Below, in pieces: positions 1 through 8,696 of a DNA stretch of 52,281 bases. The notes below the pieces were generated by a model. It ran no database searches. It was not told the DNA's origin and saw nothing but the letters and a program-made list of their open reading frames with translations. A program made the position numbers and the translations under genes. Location of the stretch: NCBI GenBank assembly GCA_038227875.1, contig JBBRPR010000058.1, positions 1 through 52,281 on the forward strand, in the 5' to 3' direction. The stretch's first letter is position 1, and each line of letters opens with the position of its first letter. Source of the stretch: Planctomycetota bacterium (GTDB taxonomy: Bacteria; Planctomycetota; SZUA-567; H5-PLA8).

Positions 1-121
1 CTCGGAAGAAAACCCAGCACGAAGAAAACGGAAAACGGCGGAAGAAGATATCTAAATTGAATCTCTCGAAGAAAACGGATTTGAAGAAGACCACATCTTC
101 AGGCCGGTAGATTCGCTGCTC

Positions 122-487
122 TTATAGATTGGCGCTGGCAATGGGGGGCAGTGGAGCGGATAGGATGCAGAAACAAACCTCTTTTGCTCTTAATCCGAGC
201 GCATACAAGACTCGCTCTTCAGACTGCTTCTTTGGCCCGATTCTTAGATACCTGCGGAGTCTGTCGAGGTTTTCGCAAAGTATTTCGAATAGATATTTCG
301 AGTGAGCAGCGTTCAAAGCGCGCGCGGCGTCTGTCATTTTGTCATATTGGCGGTTTAGTGCATGGTCGTCCCATTTGCTAAAATATTCATTCTCGTCATC
401 GCCAGCAGCACACTCTGCAAACAGAGCGAATATCGGCGCATCATCATTAAAAAAGTCTTTGAGGCGTACTAATTCATTCGGCTTCAT
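122..487 (-). CDS. hypothetical protein (integrative element cargo)
   Basis: 121-aa ORF, co-oriented with the neighbouring element genes; no motif recognised. Confidence 0.5.
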   Translation of the reverse strand: MKPNELVRLKDFFNDDAPIFALFAECAAGDDENEYFSKWDDHALNRQYDKMTDAARALNAAHSKYLFEILCENLDRLRRYLRIGPKKQSEERVLYALGLRAKEVCFCILSAPLPPIASANL

Positions 488-586
488 CTTGCGTTTGCTC
501 CCGCTGCTCGTTTGAAAATAAAGCCGGGGGCGGGATCGGTGAGCAAACCAATCCGCGGGAGCTACCCGTGCCCCCGGCGTCGACGA

Positions 587-1243
587 TTATACCGCCGCTT
601 GCGCCATCTTCCACGCATTGCACTTGCCCAGCCGTCGCCATGCGCGCCGAAACGCTGGCCACGCAGCGATGAACTGTTCAAAAGTCGCGCGCTCCGTCCG
701 GAACTTCACCCCCCACTTATCGAGTAGATCCGCCTCGCGCACGCAACCGACGGCACGCAGCGCGGCGATGTTCTCCGGTGAATGGATACTCCCATCGTGC
801 CATAGTCGCGCCGGGTGATTGTCGTCAATCGTCGGGCTCTGTGTCAGGCGATCCATCACGGCACAGAAAAGCATTCCAGCGCGCTTCTGTTCACCGTCCG
901 CAATCGATGCCTCTATGTAACTCAGCGCAAAACGTTCATACGATGCGCACACGCTTTCGTGCTGCCGATCTTTCGCTATGCCCATCGCTTCCAGTAGCAA
1001 GCGCTGCCGTTGGTCGTTGCGGATGACGCGGTCCGCCTGCCAAGCGAGCATCTCCGCCCGCAACATACTGTTGACGCCGGCGACGTGCTCCGCGCACACC
1101 ACGAGAAACGCGAACACATGCGGCTGAGCCCCGTCGCCGATGTCGCCGAATTCTCCGGCCACATCGTTGATAAATTCCGCGCCGTTTTTGTCGAGCACGC
1201 GTTGCAGTGTCGTCATGAGACGGTATTCGAGTTCTTTCTTCAT
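587..1243 (-). CDS. hypothetical protein
   Basis: 218-aa ORF whose start overlaps the stop of the upstream ORF (ATGA coupling at 1240-1243). Confidence 0.65.
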   Translation of the reverse strand: MKKELEYRLMTTLQRVLDKNGAEFINDVAGEFGDIGDGAQPHVFAFLVVCAEHVAGVNSMLRAEMLAWQADRVIRNDQRQRLLLEAMGIAKDRQHESVCASYERFALSYIEASIADGEQKRAGMLFCAVMDRLTQSPTIDDNHPARLWHDGSIHSPENIAALRAVGCVREADLLDKWGVKFRTERATFEQFIAAWPAFRRAWRRLGKCNAWKMAQAAV

Positions 1244-1830
1244 GAGCCCACCTGAACTTTCGCCAGCTTAGCGACGGCGTCCCGTTGAATTCCCGGAACG
1301 TCGTCGGTATCCAGGTGTGACTCGCGGGCCTCTAACACGAGCAGTTCAGACGCGATATTTAGCGCTTCTTTCAATTGCGGTTCGAAGTCCTGTTCACAGT
1401 ACGCTCGCGCCAGTTCGAGCAGCGCAAAGTTGTACATGTAATCGCGCTTCTCCGGTGGAAGCATGCGCCACGATTTGACGCTGGCTTCGTGGATCTCCAC
1501 GCGCTGCGCCCAGTCGTCGACGCAATGACCGAGGCAGTGAAGCGCCTGGGCGTGTTCCGCGGTGAGTTCGAAGCGCCGGGCAAGCAGCACAAGGAATCGA
1601 TAAAAGTGTGTCCAATTTACCGCGTGATATTGAAACTCGTTCGTGCCGTAGAACACGGCTTTGAACAGGTTGGGGCCGCTGTCACGCATCATGAGATGCA
1701 CTTCCGCCAGGATTTCGGCGTCGAGTTTGTCGCCTTCTCGGGAGCAAAAATCGGCGTGATCGTTGAATAGTTTGCGGGTAGTGAATTCCTGCTTACAGCG
1801 GATGCAGGTGATCGGCGAAGTTTTTGTCAT
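1240..1830 (-). CDS. hypothetical protein with N-terminal zinc-finger-like motif
   Basis: CxxC-x12-H-x3-C (CIRCKQEFTTRKLFNDHADFC) at the N-terminus. Confidence 0.65.
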   Translation of the reverse strand: MTKTSPITCIRCKQEFTTRKLFNDHADFCSREGDKLDAEILAEVHLMMRDSGPNLFKAVFYGTNEFQYHAVNWTHFYRFLVLLARRFELTAEHAQALHCLGHCVDDWAQRVEIHEASVKSWRMLPPEKRDYMYNFALLELARAYCEQDFEPQLKEALNIASELLVLEARESHLDTDDVPGIQRDAVAKLAKVQVGS

Positions 1831-1977
1831 CGAAAGCCCCTGTACTCAAGGGCAGATAGCGGCGTGCCGATACACTCGGTTAGCCCATCTGCCAAGTCTG
1901 CTTTGGTGGTTGGGTCAGGGTCGGCCGGGTGCGTCAACATCCGGTCGGCCCGTTACGAGTGTCGTCCTCCAAAACGA

Positions 1978-2060
1978 CAAAGCCCCGTGTGGAGTTTGAA
2001 CCCAATCACCTGGCGGCGATGGACGCGGGCCTTTCGGTATCCGCACTCCGTGGGGCTATT
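1978..2060 (-). ncRNA. possible c4-like antisense/immunity RNA (multi-hairpin leader)
   Basis: Minus strand: closing stem GCCCC..GGAG / CTCC..GGGGC; internal hairpins GCGG..CCGAAAGG..CCGC and ATCGCC-GCCA-GGTGAT; contains GGGTTCAA, complementary to TTGAACCC about 90 nt upstream. Confidence 0.4.
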
Positions 2061-2114
2061 TTGAATCTGTGAGTTCTGCCGCTTCCGGGTTCAAGTCGGT
2101 CGCCAGCATGAGCA

Positions 2115-2142
2115 CTTATATTTTTCTTTTCACCGATCGCAA
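2115..2142 (-). promoter_or_regulatory. putative sigma70 promoter for the leftward element operon
   Basis: TTGCGA-16 bp-TATAAG on the minus strand in an AT-rich patch, upstream of the structured leader. Confidence 0.4.
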
Positions 2143-2258
2143 GACCTATTTTGAAACTGTCGTCGCCCCACCGCTTCCCAGGCACGACTGCAGTGGCGTT
2201 TTCGCGCCGGAACGCAAGGGGGAAATTCGGAGGAGTCTGGCGAGGGCAGGGATTTAAT

Positions 2259-2756
2259 TTAAGATCTTGCCTTCACCGCTCGCGAAGACTTATCCGTTTT
2301 TTTGATGCCAACACCCTTTTTCTTTGGTTGGGGACTAGGCGCCAGTTGCTTCCACTGGGCCACGGCTGGGCCAGTGAGATTCAACAGTTTCAGCATAATG
2401 GGGTTCATGGGCCCCCATCCTGTAACTGTTGAGACATAGCTTCGAAGATATGGAGCTAGTGTCATTCCAGAACTCGGCGCGAAGCGTTCCAGTTCCTCTT
2501 TATTCGGCGAGATGAATTTACCTATCACCGCGAAGTCGACTTCGATTGCGTCGGGATACTTGATGTTCGTAAACACCACGCCCAGTCTAGTTTGAAGCGC
2601 GCCGTCCGGATCGAAATTATATCCGAGAGAGTATTCCGTTTTATACTCTCCATTCAACTCATTCCCTGAAACAGTGCCCTTGATCTCGTAATGAGCCTTC
2701 GCAAGTACGATTGCTTGAACTGAGATTGTTGGCTGCTGGGTTGGATCGAGAGACAT
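2259..2756 (-). CDS. SecB-like chaperone of a TAC system
   Basis: SecB-like pattern: ISVQAIVL..., beta-rich core, G-x-F, then helix LAPYLRSYVSTVTGWGPMNPIMLKLLN; third gene of a TA operon. Confidence 0.75.
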   Translation of the reverse strand: MSLDPTQQPTISVQAIVLAKAHYEIKGTVSGNELNGEYKTEYSLGYNFDPDGALQTRLGVVFTNIKYPDAIEVDFAVIGKFISPNKEELERFAPSSGMTLAPYLRSYVSTVTGWGPMNPIMLKLLNLTGPAVAQWKQLAPSPQPKKKGVGIKKTDKSSRAVKARS

Positions 2757-2765
2757 TTTTTACTC

Positions 2766-3299
2766 CTAGGCTGCGCACGATGACAATTTACGCAGTTTTC
2801 CTTTCGTCCGAATCGAAGTAGCAATCAATGGATCAGGGTCAGAGCTTGATTCACTAGCGGTGATGGTCTTCGTATAGGCAACGCAAGATTCAAACGCGAA
2901 TCGAGGTGCGTCCGACGGTAAATACGATTCGTTATTTCCGACAACAACCGTAGTAACCTTGGCCATACTGAAATCGCGAAGACTTCCAATCTGAGATTGT
3001 GTCGCGGTCACCATGTCTGCAGAAGAAGAATCTTTGAATGAAACCTCAAGGGTTGCGTTCAGTGCTTGTGCGATTCGTTTCAAAAGTGAAACGGAATGCC
3101 CTTCATAGTCGGCGTTCTCGATGCGACTAATGGCTGTGAAGGTAGTGCCCACCAATACGGCCAGCTCCTTTTGCGTGAGACCGCGTTCTTTGCGTAACGC
3201 AAAGACCTTTCGACCAATGGCAGACTCTTCGCGCGCCTTCTTGAGTTGCGCGTCGAAGTTTGGAATCTGCTTGCGAAGTGCGTCTTTTAGCACGTTCAT
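2766..3299 (-). CDS. higA: HigA-like XRE HTH antitoxin with C-terminal ChAD-like extension
   Basis: LRKERGLTQKELAVLVGTTFTAISRIE HTH, followed by an ~85-aa low-structure tail. Confidence 0.8.
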   Translation of the reverse strand: MNVLKDALRKQIPNFDAQLKKAREESAIGRKVFALRKERGLTQKELAVLVGTTFTAISRIENADYEGHSVSLLKRIAQALNATLEVSFKDSSSADMVTATQSQIGSLRDFSMAKVTTVVVGNNESYLPSDAPRFAFESCVAYTKTITASESSSDPDPLIATSIRTKGKLRKLSSCAA

Positions 3300-3303
3300 G
3301 GAT

Positions 3304-3672
3304 TTAGCTTTCGTATGGTGTTACGTGAGCCTTGAAGTTTTGATTCACAATGGCATTTCTTTTAACAGCGCGTTTGATGTCCTGCGGATCAAGCTTCCTT
3401 TCCTTCCTACATCCATGCAAAAGAACTGCCGTGTTGTTGGAAAAACTGTAAAGAATCCGATATTGAACGTGTCCGCTCTTTGCCCTTAGCTCGCGCAGAC
3501 CGTGGCCTATTGGTTTCGAGGAGGGCTCACCTAGTCGATGGCCGAGTTCCTTCAACTCGTCTATTCTCGCGACAAGGTTCGTTTGGCCAGTGGCGTCCCC
3601 CAAACCCACTATCCACTTGTAGACAGGAACTTCACCGTCAACATCCTTGAAGCACATGACGGTTATCGGCAT
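3304..3672 (-). CDS. higB: HigB/RelE-family (Gp49-like) toxin
   Basis: EPSSKPIGHGLRELR..QYRILY..AVLLHG motif; toxin-first gene order. Confidence 0.85.
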   Translation of the reverse strand: MPITVMCFKDVDGEVPVYKWIVGLGDATGQTNLVARIDELKELGHRLGEPSSKPIGHGLRELRAKSGHVQYRILYSFSNNTAVLLHGCRKERKLDPQDIKRAVKRNAIVNQNFKAHVTPYES

Positions 3673-3689
3673 CCGATTTCTGCCTAACT

Positions 3690-3718
3690 AGACTAAGCAA
3701 AATTGCTAAGTCGGTCAA
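3690..3718 (-). promoter_or_regulatory. TAC operon promoter with overlapping palindromic operator
   Basis: TTGACC-17 bp-TAGTCT on the minus strand; imperfect palindrome GACTAAGCAA-AA-TTGCTAAGTC at 3691-3712 covers the spacer. Confidence 0.7.
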
Positions 3719-3788
3719 AGAAAATTTAGAGACTCAGAATCAAGTAGTAACGTGTTAGGGTAATATCAACATGGAAAATATCTACCAC

Positions 3789-5156
3789 TTAAACCCCATC
3801 GCTTCCCAGATGCCGATGCTCCTTCAGTGCAGTCATAGCCCCCAAGTTCAAACTCCCCGTATCCGGATCGCCGTAGGCATCGATGATCTGTTGCGCTGTG
3901 TTGCCCAAAAGCTTCGCAATCCGGTCCGCGCCGATGTTCTGTTGCAGCATCCAGGATGCACAGCAGCGCCGGCCAACGCGGGCATCCAGTAGTTTCCTGT
4001 CGATGCCCTCCACAGTGCCCGCCGCCGCCCGCAAGGCCTTCACATACTGGCGATCGAACATCTTCGGATCGTCCCAAAGACGGTCGACGCGCTTCTTTGC
4101 GTTCTTGGATTTCTTGCCCTTGGCCTTCTGCGTGAAAAGTATGTCATTGAGCGCCAGGCGGCCGCGGATGACATCGCGCAGTTCCGAGGGTACCGGGATC
4201 GATCGCGGGCCTGTCTTCAGCGTCAGGTGTCCCCGCGGCGCCAGCGTCAGTTCTGAAAGTTCGGCGTTGAAGTTTTCGCGGTGGAGTGACGGGAGCTCTT
4301 CCGGCCGCAATCCGAGCGTGCATTGAACCTTGAACGCCGAGCGCCAGTAATCCGGCAACGCGCTGGCCAGTTTCTCAGCGTCGGGCTTCGGCAGATAGCG
4401 GATCCGGCCGCGGGCTTCCTTGATCTTCTTCCGGCTGATGCGATCGATCTTCGTTTTATCCAGCTCGACGCCGGACTCTCGGAGCAAGCGCAGGATATAC
4501 CAAAGCCACTGCATGCGGCGGGAAGGGGAGAGCGGCTTGCCGACTTTATTCTTGAGCCCGTGAAGCCAGCCGCTGATTTCGCGTTCGCGCCCCACGAGGT
4601 TGTCAATCCGGGTCGATTCGATGAACTTGTCAACGAAGCGCTGCAGGTCCCACAGCACGTTCTCCGTGTGGTTGGGGTCTTTGCCCGTGTACGCGGCTTT
4701 GAATGCAGCCAGTGCTTCGCCAAGCGTCGGATATGGCCCGCTACGGACCTTCTTGCCCCGCCAGTGTTCAAGTTCCCGGTCTTTGCGTTCGACCACGGCC
4801 AGCAGCCGTTCGATCTCGCGCTTGAAAAGAATCTCGCCGGCCTTGAGCCGGGCGTTCTCGATGGCCAGCGATGATGTTTTGCTACCCTTCGGCGCGGTCT
4901 TGAGCTTCACGGCATGCCCGGACCCAAGCCACGCACGGCGAATCCGGTCGGGAATGTCCGCGCCGGCGGGCGGGGTGTGCCAGTAGTCCGGGGTCATCCA
5001 GATACGGTTTAGCGCGGCGAGGTTGGTAGCCTGCTCGTCGGCCCCTCCCAAACCCACACAAACGACGCTACCGCGTGTCGGATGGCGAAACCGCACAAAG
5101 AACAAGTTGCCCTCTTGGACTGACTGTAGGCGCTTGCGTTCGCGTGGCATGGGCAT
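3789..5156 (-). CDS. tyrosine recombinase / integrase
   Basis: LGLRPEEL (Arg), LKTG (Lys), RVGRR..LLGNT..DAY catalytic region; adjacent to a tRNA 3' end. Confidence 0.85.
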   Translation of the reverse strand: MPMPRERKRLQSVQEGNLFFVRFRHPTRGSVVCVGLGGADEQATNLAALNRIWMTPDYWHTPPAGADIPDRIRRAWLGSGHAVKLKTAPKGSKTSSLAIENARLKAGEILFKREIERLLAVVERKDRELEHWRGKKVRSGPYPTLGEALAAFKAAYTGKDPNHTENVLWDLQRFVDKFIESTRIDNLVGREREISGWLHGLKNKVGKPLSPSRRMQWLWYILRLLRESGVELDKTKIDRISRKKIKEARGRIRYLPKPDAEKLASALPDYWRSAFKVQCTLGLRPEELPSLHRENFNAELSELTLAPRGHLTLKTGPRSIPVPSELRDVIRGRLALNDILFTQKAKGKKSKNAKKRVDRLWDDPKMFDRQYVKALRAAAGTVEGIDRKLLDARVGRRCCASWMLQQNIGADRIAKLLGNTAQQIIDAYGDPDTGSLNLGAMTALKEHRHLGSDGV

Positions 5157-5168
5157 CCTCCGGTCGGC

Positions 5169-5216
5169 GGGAATGTTACGTTACCGAGCAGGGGAATGTT
5201 ACGCGGGTTTGTTACG
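5169..5216. repeat. direct repeats GGGAATGTTACG x2 plus TGTTACG (candidate integrase arm-type sites)
   Basis: Copies at 5169-5180, 5192-5203 and 5210-5216, between the integrase start and the tRNA. Confidence 0.5.
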
Positions 5217-5284
5217 TGGTCAAGCGGTATCTTGAGAGACGCGCTTGCCGCGTTCTCTCCTATGTCATAGGTGGTTTTCTTGAA

Positions 5285-5355
5285 TTGCCCCGACAGGATT
5301 CGAACCTATATACCCAGAGTCAGAGTCTGGTGTCCTACCATTGGACGACAGGGCA
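5285..5355 (-). tRNA. tRNA-Gln(CTG)
   Basis: Reverse complement TGCCCTG..GTCCAATGGTAGGAC..CCAGA-CT-CTG-AC-TCTGG..GGTTCGAATCC..CGGGGCA folds as a cloverleaf; no encoded CCA. Confidence 0.95.
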
Positions 5356-5593
5356 GTGAATGCGACCGCAGAACGCTCCGCATTGCGGCTCGATTATTTA
5401 CTCGATCCATCTCCCTTCTGCAAGTACGCCGCGCATTTTCCTCTTCGCGCGTCGTCGAGCCCTGCCGTTTACTTTCCGTTCCACTCGAGGATGATTGCGC
5501 TCCACGCTTTCTTCAATTTCAGTCTTGACGCAACGCTGGCAGCGTTTAGAAGCTTTGTAGGACAAAGTCAACGACGGCCGCGAGGGTGACGCT

Positions 5594-6199
5594 GTGCTGC
5601 TTCCGACTCCAATAGCTCAGGATCAGGCTCTGCGGGCGCTCGCGGAGATTCGTTCGGTCATCGATCGCAGCGCACGCTACTCGCGCTTCTCCGCGCTCTC
5701 CTGTTTCCTGGCCGGCATCGCCGCTCTGATCGGCAGCGGCTTCTGCGGACTGGTGCCCTTCGCCGGGACGCAGCCACAACAGGGTTGGACGTTTCTGGCG
5801 ATCTGGATGTCGGTGCTGCTCGTCGCCTTTGTCTCGCAGGTGCTACTGACCTTCATGAAGGCGCGGCAGCGGCAGGAAGCGTTCTGGACGCCGATCGCGC
5901 GCACCGCTTTCGGCGCGCTGCTGGGACCGGGCGTCGCAGGGTTGACCGGCAGCGCGGTGCTCGTGCAGACCGGCCATTGGGAATTGCTGCCGGGCGTGTG
6001 GTTGCTCCTGTACGGATGCGGTTTGTGGGGCGTCAGTTTCTTCGCGCCGCTGTTTCTGCGCGGACTGGGCGCGGCGTTCATGCTTGCTGGTGTGTGCGCG
6101 TGGGCTTTCCCCGCGTACTCGGCCCTCGCGCTGGGCCTGGGGTTTGGCGGCCTGCATTGTGTTTTTGGGACGGTCGTGATGATGAGGTACCGGGAATGA
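5594..6199 (+). CDS. multi-pass membrane protein
   Basis: About 6 hydrophobic segments; stop overlaps the next start. Confidence 0.75.
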   Translation: MLLPTPIAQDQALRALAEIRSVIDRSARYSRFSALSCFLAGIAALIGSGFCGLVPFAGTQPQQGWTFLAIWMSVLLVAFVSQVLLTFMKARQRQEAFWTPIARTAFGALLGPGVAGLTGSAVLVQTGHWELLPGVWLLLYGCGLWGVSFFAPLFLRGLGAAFMLAGVCAWAFPAYSALALGLGFGGLHCVFGTVVMMRYRE

Positions 6200-6639
6200 G
6201 ATCCGCGGGAAGTCTGAGCTTATCAATGATGCTGTCGTTGACCGAACGGCCGGCGGCAACCAAGTCCGACGCGAAATCCAAGCGCGGCGTGCAGAAGAAG
6301 GAACACGCTGCGACCGCGGCGGCGGCTGCCACCGGCGAGGAAGTATACCTCGATCCGCTGATCCACGAACGGACGCGCTTGTCGATTCTGACCTCGCTGT
6401 TCACGTCCACCGACAGCGCCATTTCGTTCTCCGATCTCCGCGACACGCTCGCGCTGACCGATGGCAATCTGACCACGCATCTGCGCACGCTGGAAAGCGC
6501 GGGCCTGTTGGAACGCGCGAAGGAAGGCTCCGGCCGCAACAGCAGCACCACCGTGCGGCTGAGCCCCGCGGGCAAAAAGGCGTTCCTGCATTACCTCGAC
6601 CAATTGGAAACACTCGTGCGCGCAGCACGGGGCAAATAA
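6196..6639 (+). CDS. winged-helix transcriptional regulator (ArsR/MarR-like, HTH_34 type)
   Basis: LDPLIHERTRLSIL..FSDLRDTLALTDGNLTTHLRTLESAG..LSPAGKKAF; ATGA overlap with the upstream gene. Confidence 0.85.
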   Translation: MRSAGSLSLSMMLSLTERPAATKSDAKSKRGVQKKEHAATAAAAATGEEVYLDPLIHERTRLSILTSLFTSTDSAISFSDLRDTLALTDGNLTTHLRTLESAGLLERAKEGSGRNSSTTVRLSPAGKKAFLHYLDQLETLVRAARGK

Positions 6640-6661
6640 TTTCATCTTGGAATCGTCCGCC

Positions 6662-7423
6662 ATGTCTCATTTGCCCACCACTTCAACGCGCACGGCCCCT
6701 GCGCCCTCCGCGCACGCTCCAAGTGACGCGAACGCCAGCGACGCGTCGTCCGTGCGCTCCGGCTCGCTCTCCAGCGTCTGCACGCCACGCCATCTGGCGC
6801 TCGTGCCGGAAAGCTGCCCGCTCACCCGCGAATCCGCCGTGGCGTGGCTCGACACCTTAAGCGTCTTGATCGACGGCTGCGAACACACCGGCGTGGCGCA
6901 GCTCAGCGTCTTCGTCTGCGGAAATGATTTCGCCGAAGCCGAACCACTCCTCCGCGAAATCCGCGCGTGGCTCTGCGGCAACGCCGCGGCGCTGGCACGC
7001 AAGGGCATCGTCTGTGGTGTCATCGGCGAACCGGACCTGGCGACGCGGGAAGCCCTGCGCTTTGCCGAACGGGCCGCGCGCGAGAACTCCGTCACCGAAA
7101 CGCTGCGCATCAACCTGGCCATCGGCTACGACGGCCGTTCGGAATTGGCCGCCGCCGCGCGAAAACTGGCGTTGACGCCCGCCGCGCATTCCGCCGGGGA
7201 TGTGAAACAGCACCTGTCCACCGCGGCGCTGCCCGACGTCGACTTGCTGGTCCGCACCGGCGGCGAAACGCGGCTGAGCCACTTTCTGCTCTGGCAGACG
7301 GCCTACGCGGAATTGCTCTTCGTTCCAACGCCCTGGCAGAATTTCACGCGCGAACCCCTCGCTCAGGCCTTGAACGATTTCGCTCAGCGGCGCAGAACCT
7401 TCGGCGGCCTGAAGAAAAAATAA
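6662..7423 (+). CDS. UppS-like cis-prenyltransferase with degenerate N-terminal catalytic motif
   Basis: Keeps YDGRSEL, DLLVRTGGETRLSHFLLWQTAYAEL and RRRTFGG; has PRHLALVPES in place of PxHxAxIMDGNxR. Confidence 0.75.
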   Translation: MSHLPTTSTRTAPAPSAHAPSDANASDASSVRSGSLSSVCTPRHLALVPESCPLTRESAVAWLDTLSVLIDGCEHTGVAQLSVFVCGNDFAEAEPLLREIRAWLCGNAAALARKGIVCGVIGEPDLATREALRFAERAARENSVTETLRINLAIGYDGRSELAAAARKLALTPAAHSAGDVKQHLSTAALPDVDLLVRTGGETRLSHFLLWQTAYAELLFVPTPWQNFTREPLAQALNDFAQRRRTFGGLKKK

Positions 7424-7458
7424 ACCGTCCCCGCACTACTTACGGAGATCATCAATCC

Positions 7459-7755
7459 ATGGTTCAGCACGTCGTTTTGTTTAAGTGGAAACCGTCCACG
7501 ACTCCGCAGCAGATCGCACAGGCGAAGAACGGGCTGACCCAGCTGCCGAAGTTGATTCCCGGCATCACGGCGTACTCGGCCGGCGATCAGTGCAGCCCGG
7601 AGAATCTGGGCAAGGGTTTTCAGTTCGGATTCGTGATGACCTTCACCGACGCCGCCGCGCGCGACGTCTACCTCGTCCACCCGGAACACAAGAAGCTCGT
7701 CGAATTCCTCCTCACCGTTCTCGACGACGCGCTGGTACTCGACTACGCATTCTAG
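7459..7755 (+). CDS. Dabb family stress-responsive A/B barrel protein
   Basis: MVQHVVLFKWK..IPGI..YLVHPEH..LVLDY; GGAG RBS. Confidence 0.9.
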   Translation: MVQHVVLFKWKPSTTPQQIAQAKNGLTQLPKLIPGITAYSAGDQCSPENLGKGFQFGFVMTFTDAAARDVYLVHPEHKKLVEFLLTVLDDALVLDYAF

Positions 7756-7849
7756 CGCCCGTGGATTGACCTGTGGGCAGCGCCATGAAAGGCGTTTACT
7801 GCCAGGCGTTGCACGGAGAAACAGGGTGGAATGAAACTGGTAACGGGCG

Positions 7850-8638
7850 CTAAGGCGTTTCGATCTCCATCTTGAGCGTCTTCAAAACGCCCACGGACGC
7901 GCGCACGTCTTTTTGCAGCTCCGCCAGCTGCGCGTCTTTCTGCTCGGCGCTTAATTTCGAGTCGGCCTGGATGGCTTGCGCCTTTCGGAAGCGCTCGAGC
8001 CCGCGCTGAATATTCGTGAGAAACCGTCCGTCGCGGTAGCAGCCCGTCGGCTTGTAGTTCGGCGGGTACGAGCGGCCGGTGTAGGCCAGCAGCAGCGTGC
8101 CGGTCGGATCGATCACCACAACCGTCGCGAAGAAGCCGCGAAAATCCGGCTGCGACAAGAACGCTTCGCGCACCGGCGTCAACGCCGGTACAGGCACGTC
8201 CAGCGGGAATCCTTTTTCGATCAGGAAATTCACCGGCACGAAATCGCGGTTGATGGTTTCGATATTCTTTTCATCGGAGAGCAGACTGCTCTTCAGCATG
8301 CGCGCGCCCAGTCAGCACCGGCCGGGATCCTGAGTCCCGATCTCGCGCACGCTCAACAGAATCAGCACCGGCTTGCTGACGTCCCGCGCCGTTTTCAACG
8401 CTGCGTCGAGCGAACTGCTCCAATGGATCTTCTTCCAGTTTTCGTCCGCTTCGTGAGCCAGCCCTTCCTGAAACGCCTGCGACGCGCTTTCGGATGCCTC
8501 AATCTCCTCGAGCGAACGCTCCGGCGCGTCGTCGACAGGAACTGGCGGACCCGACCGCGCACGCCACACCCACATCCCGCACGCCAACAGCGAGAGCAGA
8601 ATTGCCAGCGAAAACAGCAGCCGAACATGCCTACCCAT
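7850..8638 (-). CDS. probable selenoprotein, thioredoxin-like fold (SelN-like CU motif), N-terminal membrane anchor; in-frame TGA at 8312-8314
   Basis: ORFs 8312-8638 and 7850-8299 are in the same frame, joined as ..GRC-TGA-LGARMLKSSLL..; a hairpin follows the TGA. Confidence 0.75.
8284..8304 (-). promoter_or_regulatory. candidate bacterial SECIS element
   Basis: Approximate position; GCA-UGCU-[GAAG]-AGCA-(GUC)-UGC hairpin with a G-starting loop 18 nt after the UGA. Confidence 0.5.
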
Positions 8639-8696
8639 GGGCGCAGTATACCGCTGTCAGTCGCGCGTAGCCATACGGAAGCCTCAGCGCGCCATG

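Larger units (their letters stand above)
1..5300. mobile_element. integrative element / prophage or satellite inserted at the tRNA-Gln 3' end (continues left of the window)
   Basis: tRNA 3' end, then integrase, TAC module and phage-like hypotheticals; the second att site is outside the window. Confidence 0.7.
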
